Shown here piece after piece: positions 10,038 through 22,000 of a stretch of DNA of 64,000 bases (positions are counted from its first letter, which is position 1; every line of letters begins with the position of its first letter). Made by a program: the position numbers and the translations under genes. This DNA comes from Trypanosoma brucei (lineage: Eukaryota), in the NCBI GenBank assembly GCA_000002445.1, contig CM000208.1, positions 1,440,001 to 1,504,000 of the forward strand, read 5' to 3'. Below the pieces are notes generated by a model. The model was given only the letters and a program-made list of their open reading frames with translations, searched no databases and was not told the origin of the DNA.

Positions 10038-13000
10038 TTATTTAATGGATGCATGACGGCCGTGGTAATCACCAATCAGTAAAGTCCTCACCGACTCACG
10101 CACCAAAGCTGGTAATATTGGCGGCAGTTTCTTTTTGATAGCCTCGGGGGTGAGATTCTGTTTAATTTCTTCTAGAGTGCACACCCCAGCGAACTGTTCA
10201 GCCGAGACGTACTTTAGCAAATCCTTTGTGCCTATCGCTTTCCTTATGTCTCTTGCTTGCTGCCTCCTCAAGATGTAAGTTTGGTCAGTTTGTTCCGAAG
10301 AGACGGAGCTGTTGCTTCTTAAATGAGCTTGTTCCATTGATGCATACCCCTTTGACGGCGCGGCCCGCACCAATAGGTGAATCTCATCCTTAATGAGAGA
10401 GGCAAGAGCGACGTGCAACCACCTGTAGAATTCCTCTGTTGTCGTCTGCGTAACAAAAGAAGACCAACTCGCACGCAGGGCGTAATTGTGGGCACCAACG
10501 GACTCAATAAACAAGCGCTCCGCGTTGTCACTTGCAGAGCAATTCTGCTGCACTCTCCTCCTAACGGATTCGTACGCGCCATAGGATACAAAATCATCCA
10601 CGCAAGTAACGGAGTCATTGCAAACCTCTCGGTGCATATCACTTGAACCAACCACACGTTCAACTGCGTTGCATCGCACGTTTGCATCGCTCTCGCACGA
10701 CGCAGCTTCCAGGAAACCACATGTTACTTCCGACTTCTCGCCACCAACAATATATGGAAGCGCATCGTTAGAAAATGTGGCACTGTCCACATCGGGAAGT
10801 GTGCCACCCGCCGTGTTTTCGCGGACGGCTGTCTTTTTGAAGTTGCGCCCGCTTTCCAAGTAGTGAGGATGAATATTAGGTGTTGCGTCAGGTTCCTGTA
10901 GAACCTTAGCATAGAACTCAGCAGTGTTTCCTACGCCCCCAAGTATACCTGCAACCGGTCGAGTGATGAGTCCCACAGCTCCGGTGGCAACGCCAGTAAC
11001 GAAACCTGTCAAGCCTGAGGTTCGCACGCCGTTGAGCGGACGTGAGAAAACGCCCGCAATGCCATCACGTAAGCCCTGCCCCATACCCCACAGCACTCCT
11101 CCCTTCTTCGCAGGGTCACCTACGCGGTGATGCCCTTCACTCACTTGCTCAAGCCACTCGTTGTCCCACGAGAAGTTCGCCGCAGTGCGACTGCCGGCAT
11201 GGGAAATTAACCCAACGGAGTGCAAAGTGGAGGATGTCGTCGTACACAGGAAGTCACGCAACCCCTTAAGCATATTCATTTCTGCTGTCCCAAGTAGAAG
11301 GGATCGGACACCTCTCTTCCACCCACTCAACAGTGCAATAGGATTTCCGAGAACTTCCATGGAACCAACAATCCTAGGAAACTGCAGGGCAAGTTGGTTG
11401 CGATATAGCGGCCACAGTGCTTCCAACAGCGCGCAGCCTACCGAGTTACTTCGCTGGTTTATATCTTCCATACTTATACCGTTTATACTCAAAGGGGCGC
11501 GCTCTACCGAAGGTATGAAACGGCTTATGGAAAATAAACCCGCGAACGGATCGTACAAGCCATCCTTGCGCCGAGTAATGGTAAACTCCAACTCAACTGG
11601 TGATACCTCTAACGTTGCAATGTGATAGTTATTAACAGCACCACGTTCGCGCAGCTCCGTGGTAGATAATTCATCCTTCGTGCTTGGTTTGCAAACATTC
11701 GAACCAGTCACATAACTTTCCTCCGTACTTTTCATCTGACACTGCTCGCTCTCCAAGCAACAAGCCGCCTGCTGGAGCAGAAACAAGAACGTGTCCGACA
11801 CCTTTACGGTAACGGGCGCGACCTTAACAGAGACGCTCCTTATCCGGATGGTTTTCACCTTCTTCTTATTTGAGGTCATATCAATGGCGGCGCGCCGTTC
11901 AGGTACAAGAACATGCAATTGTAGAGAAAGACAGGGTTTCTTCAGTATATTGCCTGAAACGGCACCAACCGCGTCGACGGTATTGATTAGTACAACAACA
12001 GGGTGAACTGGTTCTGGTGTGGTGCAGTCCACGACAGCCACACGACCAACATCCATCCGACCGAAGCAATGCCTTTGATTGAGCGATGCCGTACAGTATA
12101 TTCCAGTCGCTTCCATAAGGATCAAATCCAATTCACGGCACTGGATATAAGACAGTGCTTGTGCGTCCGTAAAGCTAGAGTTCGTTGTGGGCACAAAATG
12201 GAATTTGTTTTGAGTCACAAACGGGGCCAAGGGCGTGTCTAGCAGCGAATGAACTGTTTTCGGAACGCATTTGGAGGCAACGTAGAGCGACACCGTGTGG
12301 ACAAGCACTTCCAAATGCAGGATACGTTGTGGCCTAAATACAAGGGCACTTTCAAGAGAGCGGTCGCCTGTTACAGAAATGTGATACTTCTGCTGCCCGC
12401 AGTCAAGGGTGCAGAGCACAAACATATCCGGTGCCACCTTTACTCCCTCACACGCAGTTGCGACTTCGTCGAGGTTTATCGTGCAAGTCTGAGAGTACCC
12501 ATAGTCGCCATGCAACGTCAAGCGTATGGCAGCATTCGCGTCGTCACTCTCAAAGCAAGTCACACTGTCGGTGAAGGGTTGCACAATGTATGAACGCTCG
12601 GCCTTTGAGACGCCCGACAAAGAGTGTGGCATCTCTTCGTAAATCAGAAGACGGTTTGTGCGGTTTTCAACAACGATATGCGTACCCCCATCCAGGTCAA
12701 AGTCAACTAAGAAGCGTGACCTCCGCTTGTTCGGCACAATAGAAAGACAAGCAAAATTCTCTGGAATGGGATCATCTCCATAAAGTGGCGGAACACGTAA
12801 TGAGCGGAGTGTTATGACGCCCATTGAATTTAATAGGTTCCGGAACGCTGGATCCCTCCCATCAGTGCTTCCCGTCGAAACGTAATGCTTCATTACAATA
12901 GGCACATTCAAAGTCGACAGCGTTAAAAGCCTCACTTTGTTTGACCAAACGAAGAGGTCACCCACCTCCTTATGGACATAGCAAACTTGCACGAGTGGGT

Positions 13001-16000
13001 CAGTAGCGGAAGCTGCGGCAAACGTTGTCCACTCCACGCTTGATTGGGGTGGTATTACCACGATAGTGTCTAAACCCAAACATCGCACGGCAAGGGAGAG
13101 CGCACGGTTCTGATTTCTTAATATCCACATTGGCTCTAAGCAAACCCGCGGCGCAACCTGCATGTTGTTTGTCACCTCTTTACAGCGACGGGCCCTAAAG
13201 AGGTGCACCTTCTCGCCATCCGCAACGCGAATACATTCTGAACTCATTGGATCATTGCATGCAAACAACCCAGAAGTGTCTGGCGTCGAACTCCCAATCA
13301 TAACACGAATTAACACAGGTGCTTCGGGAGATTGGGCAATCTCTTTTCCCTCCATTAGTGGCATTAGGATGGGAAACTCACGCTTTGGGGCAAGATACTT
13401 ACCCTCTCCTTCACCCAATAACGGTGTGCCAAACTTATCTGCAACCCTAATGGGAAAAGGCAGCATATTCACGAGCACTGCAGGTACACGCACGACAAAC
13501 TTGTCGGGCTCGACACGCTCCATTACCAGTCCCACTACTGGTGTTTCATCACCATCAACGGTACAAACTTTCATTCCAACTGTTGCCCTTTCAGAGAAAT
13601 TTAGGGGAGTTGGTTTCGACGAAGTCAACCGCACACCATTTGGCAGTTGGCATGACAAACTCACGGAATACCCCTCACCAGAAGAAGGTCGCGTAAAATT
13701 GTTATACTCTTCTCCACACTGAACAAAACGTGGCTCGTCCAGGGGGGTGAATTCGTTTCCCCTTGTTGAAATGACGACAGCCAATGTCCCACCAGTGTTG
13801 TTCAGTACCGTTATCATTGGCCGGATACAGAGCTCTACGTCACAACGCTGCATAAGACGAGACTTCGTTGGGTCTTCGACGGGGAAAGCCTTTCGCCTAA
13901 GCGAAAAGAGGACACCAAATGTCTCGTATTCGCATCCCGCTTGATCCCCCTCGGGACCACGAGCCCCTGTGAGCCACAGGGGAAGCACAAGTACATCGTT
14001 TCCCCTCATGTGCCCACGCCGTGCATAGTCTGCACCACTGCACTGGAAGGCAGTATCACGACAACGAACTTTTTGCCCAACCTCCTGGGAATTCGCTGTA
14101 CTTGTGCCCAAACCACCTCTCAGAGGCAGTTCTTCATGTTCTCCAGAAGACAGAAGAACGAACGCACTAATGAGCAACTCCAGTGTAATGAATTCGTCCT
14201 GCTGATCAAAACGCCACTCCTCGCCAACCAACAATGACAGCGGTTGCCTTAAACATGTAAAGGTCATATACCGTGTCTCCTTCGGAGGAACCACGAGGGG
14301 GGAACACGAGGCATCGGGCACAGACACTAAGTGGTCTGTAAGTTCATTTCGAACTGTGACAGGGGTAGTGATATTTACCACATCGTTAACCTCATCGTAC
14401 CGCAGCACGATGTCCAACAGTCCAGCGAAACCATCAGTGAATGGAATTCGATGCGTTGTGACACGGCGAAGGGTTAAAATGTCCACATCAACTTTAGCAT
14501 CTTGCAAAGCACTGCAGCACCGGTCAGAACCATCAACAAATCCACATACTATCCGAAAGCTGGTGAACGTGCGCTGAGGATCCGAAAGCTGCATAAGTTT
14601 ACCGTTCGGCAGCGCATGGAATTCACTGAAAACGTTACCCTTGTTTTGAGAATTATGAGGTCCAAGAACAGTGACTAAGGTAAGAGGAACACCTGTGTTG
14701 TTGCAGAAACCCGGCACACCAACCCACCACCGACTAGGCGAGGGACGCGTCAAGCGGGCAAGCGTGATAAGAGGAAGTGTTATGCTGACTGACTGTAACA
14801 TCAACAAACCCTGGAGTGAGTACCCGTCACCAGCATGCTGCGTGTACTCCACAGTAAATTCCGGTGAAAGTGAGACAACGTTGCAAGGCGGTTGATTAGG
14901 TTGGCAACTCGTCACGTGGAGTGCAGCATATCCCTTGCAACTACCACGGGAGAGGTTTCGTGTAGCCCTCCCGCGTATACATGTACCCGTCAAGGCAAGT
15001 ACAAATTTTTCCCTCGTGAAATCATCCGTTATAACAAACTCAACATGAGGAGCCACCAAACCAAACTCAAACCACGACTCCAGGCCACCAATGCCCGCCG
15101 GTGAGAACGATGTCTGAAAAACGGGTTGATGGGCAATTACGTCCTGGCCTAACGTTCGGCTCAACCCTGTGCATTCCAGGCCAAGCGCTTCAGAGGAATA
15201 AGGAGCACAGCGTGGGTCACAACTCTTAACCAGTTGCCGGATTGAACATATTTCGCGAAATGCTTTTCTCAACAAGTTAGCGATGTTTCCCATTAGCAAA
15301 AGGTATCTCAATGGAACTGTAGAACACACGGGGGGGACTATCATATTTACCTGCGTGGTACTGATGCCTCCACGCGCCCTATCGCCTCTGTGGTACTGGA
15401 TGTCGATGATTAATTCCGAGGGTTCATCGACGGCAGTCAGGGAGTTGCCATACCGTACTGAAACAGGCGAAAGTTTTACGGAACCGCTCTCCCCTACGTA
15501 TTCCACGATACTGGAAGCGCCCTCATAACATTTTTTCTCAACCTCGTATCGAGCACTCGTGCGTCCAAACACGGTCACAGTTTCGTTGTTGGAACACAGT
15601 AAAAGCGTAACTCCACACAAAACGTCGAAACTGACCTTGACATTGCACCATCCAAGTTCGTTCAAAGGCAACAACGAGGGAGGAAATATACTCGTATGTG
15701 CCGTGCTGTGTGAAGAGGATGGTATTCCATCAGGTACAACACAAAAAGATCCCTCCCCAAGAACCACATAATCCGCCACCTTCCCGTGATTTACAATGAA
15801 TGGAACATCTTGAAACACCACGGTAAGTCTCGAATCCACAAGTATAAGTGATTCTAACAAATGGTGGCGGGTGCTAGTCGGGGCAAGGATTACCTTTGCG
15901 GAGCCGATACACCTCACAAAGATTGTGTTTATCGGGTTACCCTGAGCCGAACCCTTCACAAAGCGGAGACGGAACCCACTCTTCCCGCCCAGCAAAAGGT

Positions 16001-19000
16001 CTTTACACAAACAAACGTCGCCGGAAATGGTAATCAACCGACCACAACCCCCTAAGGCAACTGAGGGGCTGCCATCGATCCCGCAGAAGCACTGGAAAGC
16101 ACTTCTGTCCGCGATCTGGCATGATGAAAACCAGTGCACTGCAGTTTGTAGCGTCCGATGAGCTGCTACAGATATGGGTCGCAAGACGTGGTCACTTATA
16201 GCGTTGCATAACTTCGGTGAAACAACCAACCTTAGGGCATGCAATCGTGCGACGTAGCTTACCACTTTTGTCCCAAGTTTCCCACAGGGTCTCATACATT
16301 CACTGTCCAAATTGGGTGAAACAGATGCTTCGCGACATGTCTCCGAGTAATCGATGCAAACGTCTCTGCGAATGTAAATTGCCCGTTTCATCGAAGAATC
16401 TTCGGCGTTTTCAGGAGCTATCGCGGTGATAAACTCACTTTGAATGGCTGAGTCAGCGGCGCTGGTGATGGATAAGACACGTGCAACCACACGTTCTCGC
16501 TGGACAGTTCGCTCCCGCTCAAACGATAATTGATGGAGCTCCACACCGAACAGCACATGATGCCGCCAACCCACAAATTCCCCACCTGACTGCGGTGCAT
16601 ACAACTTAACCGACAAAAACGAGATATAAAAAAGGACCGTGTCGCTACTGAAGGTTTTTGTAGTGGCCGATTCCCCTGTATGCGTCCATGTCGGTTCATT
16701 GTTATGCATAAAGGGTAATATCCCCATCAGAGGGAGGGTCGCCTGCAGCACCGACATCGAACAAGACTCCAGCACATCACCCAGCGGCGCAGACAGTTCA
16801 ATATTCCCAAAACGCATAGACACGTGACGTGACAACTCAAGGAGATTTTTTTCTAGAGAGAACACAAATGAGACGTTCTCAGCGAGAGGCGAAAACAACG
16901 CCGATGGGGATTTGTAGCACAGAGAAGCCCTTTCAATCTTCACCATTAAGCAATCCTTTGCCCTATCCGCGGTGTTCTTCACCTCCACAGCTGGAAACAG
17001 CAGATCCACACTACCATTATTCGAGCACAACGCCGAATCATTTGCAAGAGGGAAAAGACGGACATTGACCTTTTCAATTGTGACATCAATAGACCTCACG
17101 GGCGTCCGCACTCCCTTCGTAGGAAAATGTAGTTTCCGACCCGCATCACCCCACAGATCATTCATGCGAGCCCATAAGCAGATGTAGAATGTGACGTTGT
17201 AGTTATTCAGTATTATACCTCTAGCAGCAACACTCACCTCTTCCGCTCCCGCGACTCTTACCTGCGATTCGGCAACTTCAAAAAATGCTAGCTGGTCCTT
17301 GACCCGCACCACTGACACATGTCGAACGCTGAATTCATACGGAATAGAATGGGAGCTGCTACTGTTGAGGGCTGTCCCCCAACCAAATTTGCCTCTCACC
17401 TCAGAACAGTTCAGCAATGCCACCTGCTCCAGTTGGAGGGAGAGTCCTTTAATGCAAACCTTCACTATGGTTTGCTTTCCGCGATAGGAAGAGCACTCAA
17501 AAGAAGCTGGCGAAAGTTCTTTCATAGGGGTTACATCATTCCTCAGGCCATCAAACCCAGCGCCCTCCCCACTACAGTTGCCACGTGGCCCGTTATACTT
17601 CATGGGGTCAATAATGCAGTGAATCCACGATAGGAAGTCGACGGTATGTGAATTGAGCGCGACCACGAAACTGCGTATCTGTAGCCTAACCTGCTGCTCC
17701 GACACAGAATTCATGATGTCCAGCTGCAGCCCAACGTCACTCGGAAAAGAGTTTGGCCAGCGCTGCGTAGCGCTAAGCGGTCGCAACACCTCACTGTATC
17801 CTGTCGCCGGCTGCCAGTGGACAATAACGTTACCATCACCATCCGAGAGCTCAAATGATCCGTGGAACGTAAGTCCTCCCTTGAACGGTTTCCCTTCACC
17901 GGGCAAAGCAACAGAGGCTAAAGCCAAAACGCCATCGACCTTAGCAACCATAAGTGTGGTGATGCTTTTTGACTCTGCCTCACTAGCCGTGATGTCGGTT
18001 ACCGATCTTCCCACTGCGTCGTCCCCCGTTAAGGAAACGGAAAAAGAGGGGAGATATATAAGCACTGAGAAGAACGCTCCCGTTGAATGCGTGTCTCGTG
18101 CTACCTTTGTTGAGTAGCAGACCGGTGTAGTGCCGACCGCCGACAGTGGCGAGAACCCACCCGAAAAAAAAGGTGATGACGCAAGCGCCCGCAGTGTGCG
18201 ATGAAGTTCCCTTATATGGGAAATGGAAATAACGAAAGAAACATTCTGATCTGCGCCAATTCGAATCAGTCGCCCCATCGACGGCGGTGCCGCCGTGGCC
18301 GAAGATGTACCCGAAGTAAACGCCATTGGTTCACCCTCATCGTTATCCGAAGTCGCAGTAGTGTCCCAGACCCGCCTGGCGTGTAATGCCCCAGCAATAG
18401 GAATTTCAGCCTGTGCCTCCACATTTGGGAATGACAAAGAGGGAAGTTGCGAGAAACCAACAGCTGCTCCCGTTATCTTCGCCGTGTACACAGCAGTGAA
18501 GTGATGCATGGGCCCATCCTTACCCGAATTGTTCTCGGTAACTTCCTTAACTGTAAACCCTGAGGACACATCAAGGCGCTCGACTTGGACTCTTTTCACT
18601 TCATAATCAGTTTTCGGGTAGAACAGAGCATCCCTTACAACGACAGTAATCCTGGATAGCAATAGCTCGGATATAATCGCGCCCGGTCCTGCCTCACAAG
18701 TGCTGTTACCGCTCTTGTCATTGGGAAATACAATGGACACGTACGCAGAGGACTCGTTCACCCCGAAGTGAAGTAAACGAATCAAAGTAGTGCTGTCAAC
18801 ATTCAAACAAACAGATTGAGCCGAAAGTTCTATGGTGCGGATGTAATGGATATGGGTTTCCTCCTTGCTGACCAAATCGGAACTGCATGCTCCTTCAGTT
18901 CCCCCAAACGGCTCAATCACCGTCAAGCAAACTGCACCAACTTGTGCGAGAGCAGGTACGGAATACCTCCCCGTATTGAGTTGCACGGAATCCTGTGTGA

Positions 19001-22000
19001 CACGCACGGCATCCGTGGCCTCCCCGTACGACCAAACGGAGGCGCTCTCATCTAATGCAACTTTGAATTTTCTTTCGAGTGGACCAACGTTGAGTGTTCC
19101 TGACAATGATGGTATATGAAATACCACGAGCGGTTCCCCGGACGGTTCTTCGAGATGCACTGCGCACCTGCGAAGTAAAACATTAAGCACCGATGTGGTA
19201 GCCGGAGGGACGACATTGTTCCCCTCGCGATAAAGGTGTGTTGCGCGTTTGGTCCTTCCCCACTCGGCCAACCAGGTGCGACAAGCAACGACAAACCTTA
19301 GCAGCGCGAGGCACGAGTGGCGTGCAGCAAATACTGTTATGTTGTCGAAGACGCAATCAACGATAACCTCGCTGAGTGGCCCCCGCTGTTTTCGCGTCAC
19401 CCTGGAGATGGAGCTTTTTCCTAGCTCAATCAGTCTCCTTCTGTGGCCTTTAGTAGTCTGATGAATTACCTGCTGTTGTTGCCAGTGAGGCACACCAGGA
19501 AGAAGAACGCGACGACTGGGGGTTGCGTCATCAATGGAAAGGGCATCAAAGCGAATTACGGTTGAGGGCTCACCCCCCGCTGTGCCGTTGGTCGAGTACA
19601 ACTGCATATGTGTATTAATTTCCAGTATAGCTTCTTCATCATCCTCACCTTTTTCGATAAGCGTACATCGAAGCGGCGAGACTGTTGAGAGAACGTAGGT
19701 AGCCATCTTCGGCGCCGATCCACCAGCATCTGGAGGCGCACTGTGGGGACATTTCGGCGTACTGCAAACCTCACAGAAGTTAAAAAGAAATGAACGGATG
19801 AAAGACGCTAGCATTCGTGGCGTTAGCTTCAAACACTGAATTGCACCCCTGGTGGGACTATTACCGACACTAACACCGCCTGCACCATGTTCAACATCGA
19901 CCATGTCTGGAGCGCTTTCAAAGGCAGAGGGATCAATGTTCAATAGTATTGCGAGGTCGTTACTCCCACCGCCAACATGCACGTAATGTTCTTTATCAGC
20001 ACCAGGCACCAGGCGCATCTGACTATTAATTACCGCCGAGGCACGAGAGATGAAGGGCACCATCACGGACTGCGACCCACTTCCTGTGAATAGGTGCCGC
20101 ATCTGCTGAAGTTCTGCAGTTAGTCTGAAGGGTTGTCGGGAAAGTATGTTGCCCGCGGTATCTTTCATCATGTCGTTGTATATGAGGGTAATACGCTCGA
20201 TATCGAGGGTAATGAATGTATCATCTTTCAGGAAGTCGATCCTTTGAGTTGCATCAGTGGCGACAAAAACACTAATGCCGCTGATCTCACTACGGGCGCT
20301 AAAAAAACTTTTCCCAACCCTCCTGTCCTCTCTCTTTGCGGGAGCAACCTTTTCACACGATGCAAGTAAAAAGCCTTGTTTGCTGTAATGTGAGTCAAAC
20401 ACAGAAAACATCTCCATAACGCTTGGCGTCCAATAAATTGAAAGAAGCCGCACCCAATATTCATAAAATATGTGGACACAACCGCCTATGATGTCAAAAC
20501 TCACGTGCGTTCGTGTTGTATCCTCTTCTGATACACCGGACGAACAAAATTTAAAGGTGCTACAGGACGAACTGCCGCGAGTGGATATATTTTTAACTGA
20601 GGAAAATAACACAAATGGTCCCATCGTTTCTCCTCCGACCGCCATGTACTCGATACCTGCTAGAGCTCCATAAGCCTTCACTTTTGTCACCTTTGTTGTG
20701 TCACCCTCAGTCCCGACGCTTCTCTGCAACACCAAATCATTTACAGATACCAAAATAATCCCATCTGCTTCCTCCGAGCAGAACCGGACGTCTAGCCGCC
20801 CAATGTCGACATCGACTACCTGATTACTAAAAACACTTTTCACGGAAGAGGTCTTGGTCGACGTTTCAGTGTCATTGGGGAGAGCACCATCCCTTTCCAC
20901 AGCCCGAGCAACACCACCAAAAAAGCGAGCGGCTAAATCTGACGCTGATAACGACTGTCGCCAAAGGGAGGCGTAGGCACCCAGTAGCACCTCCACGCAG
21001 CAAACCAGAGAACTACATATTACAACCTGCGCTGCAACCGCTGTGAGGGAAAGTGAAGCTGCATACGGGACGTACTTCGCAGTGAAATTCTCGAGCACAA
21101 GCATGTACTGCCCACAGGGCGAACAAACATGTAGTTCTGGTGACCGCACCGCAGCGACCATATGTTTACCACCCTCCGAGATGCTTGTCTCCACTCTAAG
21201 CGCACGACTACCTTCAAACGTTAGTGAAGACACCGAAGGATGGTGTTCACCTCCATCCATGCAGTGCGGTAGATCAATATACCCAACATCTTTACCAGCG
21301 ATATCTTGCACAATTACTCTCCCAGAGTATATCACCAGTTCAACACCTTCCATAAAAAGCATATCCCGCTGCGTAGGAACCGCTCCCACACTTACTTCTC
21401 CATGCGGCACCTGTTCATTGGTGCTTTTAAGTGCCTGCGCCGCCCACTTCGCACTGTCGCACGCGTACTTGTACAAAACGGCAAGGTAGTTACGACACTG
21501 AGATGCTGGAAATGTAAATGTACTGTTCCCGACAGACAGAACCGTATCGGATTCAAGGCGCCATTCGCTACCGTTTTCAGTGATGTGCTGCAGGAGAGCC
21601 TGCAGTGTGTCTCTGTCAAGAAGCGACAAGTTGCTTAGATGATCAGAAATAATGGCAAAAAACAGTGGCTCGACAGTCAATTCGGCCCGCAGGGTTCCAA
21701 AAAGAGGCACACCCTTCTCAAATGTGACGACTACTACAACATCCCACAAAGTTAGTACGCTTGAAGTACCTGTGCATCGGATACTGATTGGAGTTTCAAC
21801 ACCAGAAACAAGCTTCCACGACACCTGCGGCTCTCGTCCAAGTTTGGAAAGGTAAATGTTGTTGACACACAAAGTGAGGTTGCGTTGACACGACCAGGCA
21901 GATGCCAGAGGAACAGAAACGATAACTCCGTCCACACAAATATCAATTGCGGAAAATGTTTTGGCCGTTTGGCATTTGGAAGGGTTGCAGCTTCGGTTGG